Below, one piece after another: positions 17,343-25,813 of a DNA stretch of 25,813 nucleotides. The notes under the pieces are model-generated. The model made no database searches, was not told where the DNA came from, and saw only the letters and a list, made by a program, of their open reading frames with translations. Every line of letters begins with the position of its first letter. Positions within the stretch are counted from its first letter, which is position 1. A program made the position numbers and the translations under genes. The DNA is from Thermostichus sp. DRC_bins_24. Lineage in GTDB: Bacteria; Cyanobacteriota; Cyanobacteriia; Thermostichales; Thermostichaceae. The DNA lies in NCBI GenBank assembly GCA_039794845.1, contig JAUQVK010000012.1, positions 1 through 25,813 of the forward strand. Reading direction: 5' to 3'.

Positions 17343-18716
17343 TTAATCGTTCATGGCTCGGTAGGTGGCCACCGAAGAGGGCGATACCCGATTCAGGTAA
17401 CGGAAAATCCAATACTTAAACACCGTATCCAAAAAAACGGGGAAGGTAGCGATAAAGCCATAGACCAGATCTCGATTTTCTGGCACTCCCAAATGAGCGG
17501 CCAAATTGCTCAAGAGCACCTCCCAGCCGTGGGGCGAATGGTAACCTACGAATATATCTGTAAAAAGAATGATAATAAAAGCCTTAGCACTGTCACTGAG
17601 GCCGTAAATCAGGCGATCCAGAAAAGATTTGAGAACCTCAATCTCTTCCCGTCCGATGAAGATCAGCCAGCCAAACACCACCAAAGACAGCAAGTCAGCG
17701 AGGACATTTTTTATCCCCTCTAAGTTCTTGCGGCCATATTTTTGCAGCAGTTCCTCTGCCTTGGCGGAGAGCTGATCTTCCGCTTCTAAATCCAGCTCCG
17801 GCGGTTGGTGGTGTAAGGCCCGCTCAAACTCAATTTTTTCCCTAAACAGCTCAAACTCAGAGAGGGCTTTCTCCTGAAACTCGCTACTCAGGGTAGTGAT
17901 GGTGGGATCCCGTTGTTGCAGGTGATCCACCAAAGGCCCAAACAAGAAATTTTTGGCAAGAATCTGGGTGAGCAACGGCAAAATGGCCAACAGCAACAAA
18001 AACCGTACCGATACTAGGGTGCGGGTGCGGGCGTTGCGGTAATCCCGTATCAGCTCTTCTTCTGCTTGGGAACTGAGCTCACGGCGGATCTGGCTGGCGG
18101 TGCGCAAAATTGACCGGGGTAGGATCCCGGTTTTGGAGGCAACGGGGGCATTGCCGTTGCCGGTTTTGGAGGCTTCGCCAGGGGCATTGGGAGCCGGCTT
18201 GGCCGGGGAGGAGGAGTTAGCTTCTGGTGAAAGAGGGGTCTCTCCGTTTTCGGCAGCGGCTGCCGAGGGTGGAGCCGGCTTGGCTTTGCGCCGATCGGCA
18301 GACCGTTTGTAGCGAGAAGTCACCTGGTCGATCAATTGCAGCTTTTCCAGAATGGAGAGCTCCTGGCCTTGGCGGCCTTTGCCATTGCTTTCGGCATCTA
18401 CTGCTGCTCCATCTGAGGAAGAAGAGGCATTGGTTACTTGGCCGTTTGGGCTGAGATCCGGCAGACGGGAAAAGGTGCTGCTGGCTCGAAATTCGGCTAG
18501 GCGCAGCTCAATTTGGCTGAGTTGTCGGCGCAGTTGAATTTGAAAGTAACGGCTAACGTTTTGGCCATGCTCTCCATCACTGCCGATGGATCCCCCATGA
18601 AAGTGTTGATCCTCAATGGCTTTGATACGAAGGGCGGCCTCGTAGGCTTGCTCCAGGGAGCGCAGGGGCGTATTCGAGACCCATTGCCTCAGCCTGCTAA
18701 AGACGGACTCTCCCAT
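17343..18716 (-). CDS. pcxA: Proton extrusion protein PcxA (CemA family)
   Basis: TPLRSLEQAYEAALRIKAIEDQHF, KTGILPRSILRT, YGLSDSAKAFIIILFTDIFVGYHSPHGWEV, FIATFPVFLDTVFKYWIFRYLNRVSPSSVATY. Start 18716 or 18755. Confidence 0.96.
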   Translation of the reverse strand: MGESVFSRLRQWVSNTPLRSLEQAYEAALRIKAIEDQHFHGGSIGSDGEHGQNVSRYFQIQLRRQLSQIELRLAEFRASSTFSRLPDLSPNGQVTNASSSSDGAAVDAESNGKGRQGQELSILEKLQLIDQVTSRYKRSADRRKAKPAPPSAAAAENGETPLSPEANSSSPAKPAPNAPGEASKTGNGNAPVASKTGILPRSILRTASQIRRELSSQAEEELIRDYRNARTRTLVSVRFLLLLAILPLLTQILAKNFLFGPLVDHLQQRDPTITTLSSEFQEKALSEFELFREKIEFERALHHQPPELDLEAEDQLSAKAEELLQKYGRKNLEGIKNVLADLLSLVVFGWLIFIGREEIEVLKSFLDRLIYGLSDSAKAFIIILFTDIFVGYHSPHGWEVLLSNLAAHLGVPENRDLVYGFIATFPVFLDTVFKYWIFRYLNRVSPSSVATYRAMND

Positions 18717-18837
18717 TGCACATTCCTGTGGCACTGACCATGCGGGTCGGTCCACCTATCTATTTCGATTCGATTATTGTAACGATTTCTTTGAGTCTGG
18801 GTGCAGGTAGGGATCCCATTCTAGAAAGGCCTCCAAT

Positions 18838-19230
18838 CTAGCCCGACTCCGGCCAAGACCAGTTTAAGTAGGCAGCGATCTGACAAGGCAACTGGGTGGC
18901 ATTGAAGGGTTTGGAGATGAAACCGGCCACCTTCAGGTCTGCGTAGCGGCTTTGGTCAGGGGTTCTCACCTTAGCTGTGAGCAATATCACCGGAATTTGT
19001 TCAGTCTGGGGGGATCCCTGTAGCTTTCGCAGTGTTTCCAACCCATCCATGCCGGGCATCATTACATCCAGCAAAATGGCGTCTGGCTGCTCAGTGCAGG
19101 CCATGTGGATCCCTTCTGGGCCGTTGTAGGCCACCAAAACCTGCCAATTCACGAAGGCCGTGATCGTGATTTGAATCATGCGGACGATATCGGGCTCATC
19201 GTCAATCAGCAGAATTCGCCTTGAGCACAT
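18838..19230 (-). CDS. Single-domain response regulator (receiver)
   Basis: ILLIDDE, PDAILLDVMMPGMDG, IPVILLTAK, ISKPF. Confidence 0.95.
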   Translation of the reverse strand: MCSRRILLIDDEPDIVRMIQITITAFVNWQVLVAYNGPEGIHMACTEQPDAILLDVMMPGMDGLETLRKLQGSPQTEQIPVILLTAKVRTPDQSRYADLKVAGFISKPFNATQLPCQIAAYLNWSWPESG

Positions 19231-19359
19231 AGGCAGACCAGCGAAAGAAGGGCAGTTGGAAATACTTTAACCCAAAAGTAAAAATTTAACCCTCAGTTTA
19301 TCCTCAAGTGCAGCTAGCCCTTGAAGTGGATTGAATCCGTTCCGACTGTATTATCGTCC

Positions 19360-19815
19360 CTAGCCGGAAGGGTGGCTTCTTTCAACCTGCTCATCCAAAA
19401 GGGCGAAGATCTGTTGTCGAAACTCTGTCGGGCTGATGCGGCTTTTCGTGAAAATGTGGCTGGTAAAAGCTTGCAAATCCTGCAGTTCGTTCTCAAACAG
19501 GTCTCGGGCGGTGTAGATGACCAAAACCGGCAGAGTCGAAATTTCAGATTGCCTTAACCATTCCAGCAAGTCCAACCCCTGACTTTGAGATAAACCCAGA
19601 TCCAAGATGATCAGGTGGGGCAGTTGACGTTGGCAAGCCAAAATGGCCGACTGAGCAGACTGGGCAGTGTCGATGGCGAGGTTGGCCCGCTGGAGAAGTA
19701 GGCTCAAGACCCGCAGCAAGTCGGGATCGTCTTCGACAATTAAGAGATGGGCAGTAACCACAGGGTAGCCTACTAAAGATGAGAGAGACGAGAGATCCGT
19801 ACGAATGTTTTTCAT
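19360..19815 (-). CDS. Receiver-domain protein (resembles the C-terminal receiver of hybrid kinases)
   Basis: LLIVEDDPDL, LIILDLGL, VIYTARDL, IFTKSRISPTEF. Confidence 0.85.
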   Translation of the reverse strand: MKNIRTDLSSLSSLVGYPVVTAHLLIVEDDPDLLRVLSLLLQRANLAIDTAQSAQSAILACQRQLPHLIILDLGLSQSQGLDLLEWLRQSEISTLPVLVIYTARDLFENELQDLQAFTSHIFTKSRISPTEFRQQIFALLDEQVERSHPSG

Positions 19816-19838
19816 CTTACTCGCTATAAATAGGGAAA

Positions 19839-22796
19839 TTACGGAGAAGTCGAATGTTCATCCTGACCATCACGTAAGGGTAGGGTGACGAAGAAGACGC
19901 TACCTTCTCCGAGGCGGCTCTCCGCCCAAATGTGGCCTTGATGCTGCTGCACGATTTGACGGCAAATGGCCAATCCCAATCCGGTACCGCCTTTTTTGCG
20001 AGCATCTGAAGCATCCACCTGTTGGAAACGCTCAAAAATGAGCTCCAGTTTATCTTCAGGGATCCCTGGGCCTTGATCTCGAATGGCAATGAGGAGGTTG
20101 CCTTCTTGGGGTTGGGCGGAGATGTGGATACAGCTGTGAGGGGGCGAAAATTTGATCCCGTTGCCGAGCAGATTGGTGAGTACTTGTAGCATCAAGTCGG
20201 GATCTGCCCAAAAAGTGCAGTCGGTCAGGGTCTGTTGAATTTGAACCTGCGCTTGCTCCGCCAGGGGCTGTACGACGGAGCAGGCTTGGGCAATCAACGC
20301 AACACATTGGCACGGTTGCCTGTCAAGGGGTAACTCTGGATTATCCAGGCGCTCCAAATCCAGGATGTCGTTGATCAGTCGGATCAGACGGGTGGTATTT
20401 TGTTCGGCGATGTGTAAAAGTTCCTGCCCCATCGGTTGCAAGGATCCCAAAATGCCTGTGTTCAGGGCGGTGAGGGAGCCGTGAATGGCGGTGAGGGGAG
20501 TGCGCAGTTCGTGACTGACAATCGAGACAAATTCACTCTTGAGGCGTTCTAGTTCCTGTTGGTAGCTGATATCCCGAACGATCCAGGAGGTGCCACAGGG
20601 ATCCCCTTTCGTGTCATGCAAAATAGAAGCCGTGATGAATACATCGATCAATCGGCCATCTTTTCGACGATGTTGGCTAATATAAGGGTTTTCGGATGCA
20701 AGAAAATGTTCTGCAGTTCCTGGCAAAATGTTCTGCAGAGGGGATCCCAACACTTCATCAGCATGATAGCCATAGGTACGTTCTGCTCCTTCATTCCAGG
20801 TGAGAATTACCCCCCTTAGATCAACACTAATAATGGCATCCATGGAAGAATTGACTATAGCGGCCAGTTGGTTGAGTTGTAGCTCCTTTTCTTTCCGTTC
20901 AGTAACATCTGAGGAAACACCGACAATTTTACTGGGATTTCCTGAGTCATCGAGAATAAGTTCTCCCTTGAATTGGATCCATCTGAGTTTTCCATCGGGC
21001 CTGATATAGGGATACTCCGAATCAGGATATTGATCTGTCTGCAAGGCGATTTGAATCTTATCATCGCAATCTTGCTGGATATCAGGATGTATATGATCCC
21101 AAATCAATTTAATGGTTGGATAAGGTGAAATTACCTGGCCTTGCGAATCTAAAACTTGCCCTGAGGCATCGAATCCAAACCCTAAAATTTTGTACTGATC
21201 TGGCGACCACCACATTCTTCCACTGGATAAATCAGCTTCCCATACTCCCATTTTCCCAGCTTGCAGAGCTAGGCTCAGTTGAGTTTGTGTTTGCAAAAGG
21301 TTGGCTTCGACTTGACGTTGTTCGGTGATATTAATAGTTACTCCTAACGAACCAATTATCTCTTTTCCTTGAGTAATCGGAGCACCGATAAATAAAACGT
21401 GTTCTTCGCCATTTCGTGATGTTATATTCTCGTTTCGGATTGTCTCTCCAGTCATGATTCGTGCCACCGTTTCTTGCCACCTAGAGATCTCTTCTGCAGA
21501 GAGATTCATCTCATCAATGCGTTGGCCAAGATGGTTTCCGTAGCACTCTTGATCAGACTTGCTTTGAAAGATCAATCGGCCTTCACAATCTCGTGCCCAA
21601 ACCTGAAAAGGAAGATTCTCCACCAATGCCCGAAACTTAGCCTCACTGGCTTGTAGGGCTTCTTCTGCTTGCACCTGTTCTGTGATGTCAATGCTAATGC
21701 CGATAACCCCCAATCCGGCGATGGGTTCTTCTACGGGGGCAGCAATGGCAAAGAAATGTTTGGTTTCTCCGTTAACGGTTTCTGAGTAACAACGGTATAT
21801 CGTTTCCCCAGATTGTAACCTTGCCAAGAACTCCTTCCATTCCTGGTAGGTTTCAGCATTCAAATTCAAGTCTTCTATAGTGGTTCCCAGACAATTACCA
21901 AAAGCTGCAATGTCAACAGGATTCTGTATAACGAGCCGCCCTTCGGGATCCCTGGCCCAAACTCGGAAAGGCAAGCTATCGATGAGTGCTTTAAGCCGAG
22001 CTTCGCTAATTTGCAAGGCTTCTAAGGTAGATTGCCGCTCAGCTTCTTGTTGTTTTTCTTGGGTAATGTCTTTGTTGATGCCAAAAACTTTGATGACTTT
22101 CCCCCCTTGAGGGCCAATGGCCTGCCCGAAGGAACGCAACCAACGAACTTCCCCATTGGCTCTAACAATGCGAAATTCCTGCTGAAAAGGAAAGGAGCCT
22201 TTGGCTTGATGCCAATTGATTTTTCCTAACAGGTGACGGTCTTCAGGATGAACGCAAGAGAGGAATGTTTGACGGCTTGGCCGAGGGATCCCTTCAGGAT
22301 CTAACCCCAGTTGGCGATAAATCTCTGGCGACCAGTGTTGTTCTTCAGGCTCTGTTGAGAGATCTCGTTGCCAAAGCCCCATCTCTCCGGCAGCTAAGGC
22401 AAGGTTAAGCGCCGTTTCTCGTTCCTGGAAGGTTTTTTGCAAAGCCAAACTCATTTGGGTGATGGCAGCTGCCAGTCGATCCAACTCGGGGAAATGGGTG
22501 TGCAAGGTTTCTTGGGAGAAATGCCCCTGCTGGATTTCTGTAATTCTGTGGGTGAGCAGATTCAAAGAACGATGTAACCATCGGTAAATGAGCAGCCAGC
22601 CTCCCAAGCCAATGCTCAATACCAAGCCCAAAAGCCCCAGCCAGGGAATGAGTATTTCTGATTGGGTGGCTCCTTCTGTCCATTGGACAAAGCCGTAAGT
22701 ACCCAACCCAACCAATCCCACCTGAAGAGCTAGGGGAATGGCCAGAACCCAACGCAAAGGAACCCTGAGATAGGATCGAAAGTGTGCCTGCACCAT
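19839..22796 (-). CDS. Membrane sensor histidine kinase: 2 TM, HAMP, five PAS/PAC, HisKA, HATPase
   Basis: Two TM helices, a HAMP-like segment (ELDRLAAAITQM), five PAS/PAC units ending D/NIT-like, SHELRTPL, NLLGNGIKF, DQGPGIP, GGTGLGL. Start 22796 (or 22856). Confidence 0.93.
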   Translation of the reverse strand: MVQAHFRSYLRVPLRWVLAIPLALQVGLVGLGTYGFVQWTEGATQSEILIPWLGLLGLVLSIGLGGWLLIYRWLHRSLNLLTHRITEIQQGHFSQETLHTHFPELDRLAAAITQMSLALQKTFQERETALNLALAAGEMGLWQRDLSTEPEEQHWSPEIYRQLGLDPEGIPRPSRQTFLSCVHPEDRHLLGKINWHQAKGSFPFQQEFRIVRANGEVRWLRSFGQAIGPQGGKVIKVFGINKDITQEKQQEAERQSTLEALQISEARLKALIDSLPFRVWARDPEGRLVIQNPVDIAAFGNCLGTTIEDLNLNAETYQEWKEFLARLQSGETIYRCYSETVNGETKHFFAIAAPVEEPIAGLGVIGISIDITEQVQAEEALQASEAKFRALVENLPFQVWARDCEGRLIFQSKSDQECYGNHLGQRIDEMNLSAEEISRWQETVARIMTGETIRNENITSRNGEEHVLFIGAPITQGKEIIGSLGVTINITEQRQVEANLLQTQTQLSLALQAGKMGVWEADLSSGRMWWSPDQYKILGFGFDASGQVLDSQGQVISPYPTIKLIWDHIHPDIQQDCDDKIQIALQTDQYPDSEYPYIRPDGKLRWIQFKGELILDDSGNPSKIVGVSSDVTERKEKELQLNQLAAIVNSSMDAIISVDLRGVILTWNEGAERTYGYHADEVLGSPLQNILPGTAEHFLASENPYISQHRRKDGRLIDVFITASILHDTKGDPCGTSWIVRDISYQQELERLKSEFVSIVSHELRTPLTAIHGSLTALNTGILGSLQPMGQELLHIAEQNTTRLIRLINDILDLERLDNPELPLDRQPCQCVALIAQACSVVQPLAEQAQVQIQQTLTDCTFWADPDLMLQVLTNLLGNGIKFSPPHSCIHISAQPQEGNLLIAIRDQGPGIPEDKLELIFERFQQVDASDARKKGGTGLGLAICRQIVQQHQGHIWAESRLGEGSVFFVTLPLRDGQDEHSTSP

Positions 22797-22878
22797 CGGT
22801 ATTGGCCATGGGATCCCGTTTATTTTGCCGCAGGTTTCCACAAAAAATGAAATCAATTTTGGGCCTTACCTGCGATGA

Positions 22879-23493
22879 TCATGAATCTGCATCCCTAAAG
22901 AGGAGAGTTGAGACCTTTGTAGAATCTGTGAACAAGGGGGATTGATCTAGCCCGATGATGTGCAGCCGTTGCGGCGGATCCATATCGCTGAGGGTGGCAA
23001 TATGGCTGACAAAGCGATAGGTCGGATCCTGTCGTAAGGGGTCGGGGAGAGGAGTAATGTCTGCAAGGGGGAGATCGACCAGGGCGGGCATGATCCGAAT
23101 CGGCAGGGCACAGGGTTCTGCTTGAGCCGATTGAATCAAGATCATGAAGGGATCCTGCACAGGGTGAGGGGTATGCATTTGGGAAAACAGATGGGCCAGA
23201 TCCACCACCAAAATGATTTGGCTGGAGCTGCCGCTGCGCAATTCCAACAGGCCCACCCCTTCGGAGTTGATCTGGATTCCGTCTGGGCAACGCAAAACCT
23301 TGCTGACCATACTCAGGGGCAGTCCCAACAGTCTTTCCTGAACATAAAAAATGATCAGGCGTAGGGTTTGAGAGGAGTCTTGACCCAGGGCACTAAAAGA
23401 GCGTTTTTTCGCTCTAGGTGAGCCAAAGACTGGCCCGTAGGGATGAGCGGAACGGGTTTGCTCGGTGGGGTTGGGAAGGGGGTAGGTGATCAT
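22879..23493 (-). CDS. CheW-like chemosensory coupling protein
   Basis: LIIFYV...LGLPLSMVSKV, GVGLL, ILVVDL, ITPLPDPLRQ; lies directly downstream of cheA. Confidence 0.75.
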   Translation of the reverse strand: MITYPLPNPTEQTRSAHPYGPVFGSPRAKKRSFSALGQDSSQTLRLIIFYVQERLLGLPLSMVSKVLRCPDGIQINSEGVGLLELRSGSSSQIILVVDLAHLFSQMHTPHPVQDPFMILIQSAQAEPCALPIRIMPALVDLPLADITPLPDPLRQDPTYRFVSHIATLSDMDPPQRLHIIGLDQSPLFTDSTKVSTLLFRDADS

Positions 23494-23517
23494 GATTCAG
23501 ACCGTGAGGTGGGGATT

Positions 23518-25813
23518 TTAGGGCTTAACGAACTGGGCGAGAACTTGCAGTAACTCCGCTTCTTGAACCGGCTTGGTCAGGTAGGCATTGGCCCCTAGGG
23601 AGAGGGCATAGTCGCGGTGTTTCTGAGCAGCACGAGAGGTGACCATCACCACCGGGATCCGTTGCAGGTCAGGATCTTGGCGACGGGCTTGCAGAAAATC
23701 AAATCCATTCATACGGGGCATTTCGATGTCGCACAGGATCAGGTCAATCTCCGGCTGTTTCTGACAAAGATTCAGGGCTTCGAAGCCATCCCCGGCTTGG
23801 AGCACCTGACACTGGGCCTTTTGCAGGGTTAGAGCCAGGCTGAGCCGCTGGGTCATGGAGTCGTCAACTACCAATACCACGTGCGGGGATCCCTTGCCGG
23901 GGGGGAGTGAAGGAGTTGGGGCTTGGGGCAGGTGCGGGCTCGGGGCAGGTGTTGGCAGAGCAGTTGTCGAGTGGGAGGGGAGGGATCCCACCCAAACTTG
24001 TGGATCCACGACCAAACACAGCTGCCCTTCTGACAACAGGCTGTAGCCGAGTACATAGGGGGGTGGGGTGGGGCGGGCACTAAGGGGTTTCACCACCAGA
24101 TCTTGTTCGGCCACAATCTCGTCCACCTCTAGGGCCAAAACTGGCACCCGTTCGGCGTCAATAGCGGTGGATCCCAGCAGGATTAAGGGGGCTTTTGGGG
24201 CTGAAGTGGTGGATCCCCCACTGGAGGTGCGATCATCCAGTCCCGCGCCCAATGACCGAATCGGTAACCAACGGGCCTGATCCCCGTCTCCCCAGCGCAA
24301 GGCACGCTGTTCTCCAGCAAAGCCGCTGTAGTGTTGGATCTGCTCCGGCATCACCAGTTGCACAATCGCATCGGTGAGCAGCGCGTAAGGGATCCCGGCG
24401 CACCGACACACCAACAACCGCTCTGTCGAAAGGGTGAGGGGCAGTTGCAAGCTAAACGTGGTTCCTTGCCCAGCCTGGGAGCGAATGACGATGGATCCCT
24501 GTAGGGACTGAATTTGGTTGCGCACGACATCCAACCCCACCCCACGGCCAGACAGTTGGCTCACCTGGGGGGCTGTGGAAAATCCTGGCTCAAACAGTAG
24601 CTCCTGCAACTGCTCTTGGCTGGGTTGTGCCTCTGGGCTGAGCAGCCCCTGTTGGATCCCTTTTTGTCGGATCCGTTCCCAGTTCAGGCCCTTGCCATCA
24701 TCCCTCACCTCGATCACGGTGCGATTGCCTTGACGAAAAGCGGCGATGGCGATCTGGCCGACAGCGGGTTTGCCCTGTGCCAGTCGTTCGGATTGGGGTT
24801 CAATGCCGTGGTCAAAGGCATTGCGCACCAAATGCAACAGCGGGTCGTAGAGCTTCTCCACCAGGGATTTATCCACCAACAGTTCACTGCCTCTGAGGCT
24901 GAGCTGCACGGGCTTGTTATGGGAGGCTTGCAGTTGTTCCAATACCTGTGAAAACCGTTGCAACACCGTCCCCACCGGCACCATGCGCATCAGGAGCAAT
25001 TCTTCTTGGGCTTGATCCAGCAGTCGTTTGCGTCGTTTCAGCTCAAACCCGGTCTGCTGGCCTTGCAAATTGCGCAGATGGTCTTCTACGTGGGCTAGGC
25101 TGCCCGTGAGATTTTGCACCAACACATGCAGCTCGCTGTAGGCATCCAGCTCTAGGGTGTCGAAGGGCTTATGACTAGAACCGTTGGAATCTGGGTGGGC
25201 AGTTGAGCGGCGCCGTCGCTGCCGGGATGGATGCACCTGGCTCATGGCCCAGTCCTGCAATTTTTCCAGGTCATCTTGGGCCTGTTGCCAGAAGAAGAGG
25301 GCTTCTTGTAGCTCTTTTTGGGTTTGCTGTTGGGTTTGGCTCTGCTGGTTGTGGTCGATGAGCAGCTCGCCGATGGCGTGGTTTAACTGCTCTAGGTTTT
25401 GTAGGTCCACGCGGATCAATTGGGCCGGGCGGACCGGGGCCGATTCCTTGGATCCGATGGCTGGAGTCGCAGCAGGTTCTGATTTGGGTTTGGGTGCGGA
25501 GGGAGTTGCTCCCAAATGAACCTCTAGCCAATCCTCCGCTGGAGGGGTATCGGGAACCACCTCTGGGGGCCGGGAAGGGGTAGCCACTTGGGGCTTTACC
25601 TGCAGAGGATGCCGTTGCAGTTCCGCCTCCACTTCTTCCAGAACGGCTTCGATGTGGGCCAAGGGGATGGATTCAGAAAGAACCGGAGAGATCGGAGCAG
25701 GCTCATGGACTGGGAGTGCCTGGTCAGAGGTTGTGGCCTCTTCCAGCAGAAAATCGATCCCTTGGGGCACCCCCTCTGTAACGGTCGGCTCTGGTTCCCT
25801 CTCTGGGTTGGGA
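23518..25813 (-). CDS. cheA: Hybrid CheA-like kinase (dimerisation, HATPase, CheW, receiver), 5'-truncated by the window end
   Basis: IRVDLQNLEQL, FDTLELDAYSELH, LYDPLLHLVRNAFDHGIE, FEPGFST, SGRGVGLDVV, C-terminal VVDDS...CDIEMPRMNG...YLTKP. The frame is open to the window end; the Hpt domain is not visible. Confidence 0.95.
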   Translation of the reverse strand, partial: PNPEREPEPTVTEGVPQGIDFLLEEATTSDQALPVHEPAPISPVLSESIPLAHIEAVLEEVEAELQRHPLQVKPQVATPSRPPEVVPDTPPAEDWLEVHLGATPSAPKPKSEPAATPAIGSKESAPVRPAQLIRVDLQNLEQLNHAIGELLIDHNQQSQTQQQTQKELQEALFFWQQAQDDLEKLQDWAMSQVHPSRQRRRRSTAHPDSNGSSHKPFDTLELDAYSELHVLVQNLTGSLAHVEDHLRNLQGQQTGFELKRRKRLLDQAQEELLLMRMVPVGTVLQRFSQVLEQLQASHNKPVQLSLRGSELLVDKSLVEKLYDPLLHLVRNAFDHGIEPQSERLAQGKPAVGQIAIAAFRQGNRTVIEVRDDGKGLNWERIRQKGIQQGLLSPEAQPSQEQLQELLFEPGFSTAPQVSQLSGRGVGLDVVRNQIQSLQGSIVIRSQAGQGTTFSLQLPLTLSTERLLVCRCAGIPYALLTDAIVQLVMPEQIQHYSGFAGEQRALRWGDGDQARWLPIRSLGAGLDDRTSSGGSTTSAPKAPLILLGSTAIDAERVPVLALEVDEIVAEQDLVVKPLSARPTPPPYVLGYSLLSEGQLCLVVDPQVWVGSLPSHSTTALPTPAPSPHLPQAPTPSLPPGKGSPHVVLVVDDSMTQRLSLALTLQKAQCQVLQAGDGFEALNLCQKQPEIDLILCDIEMPRMNGFDFLQARRQDPDLQRIPVVMVTSRAAQKHRDYALSLGANAYLTKPVQEAELLQVLAQFVKP

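Noticed and set aside
17331..17723. 130 aa + strand ORF
   Set aside because: Antisense to the conserved pcxA C-terminus.

Overview
This is a cyanobacterial chromosomal window. About 35 copies (by-eye count) of the palindrome GGGATCCC, with no canonical HIP1 GCGATCGC seen, point to the hot-spring Synechococcus/Thermostichus lineage. Gene order: 3' end of rpsR; a J-domain membrane protein; a heavily deleted IS200/IS605 tnpB remnant that keeps both end hairpins; two conserved hypotheticals; cobU-crr6-(degenerate BioD-like)-class II aldolase; sasA; DUF3285; an M23 peptidase; a small orphan ORF; a DUF1186/HEAT-like protein; ictB; a glnB-amt-amt-SMP-30 cluster behind a perfect NtcA box; DUF721/DciA; pcxA; and the 3' part of a chemosensory cluster (cheA-cheW-multi-PAS kinase-two receivers). 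The most notable points are: (1) PII physically linked to two tandem Amt genes, a glnK-amtB-like layout that is unusual in cyanobacteria; (2) a P-loop-dead BioD-fold protein translationally coupled to the NDH-1 assembly factor CRR6; (3) a nuclease-dead TnpB remnant that retains its omega-RNA/right end and carries a 24-nt hairpin micro-insertion; (4) a perfect NtcA box upstream of the clock output kinase sasA; (5) an apparently split hybrid kinase with a PAS array of mosaic composition. All family calls come from motif recognition, not database searches.
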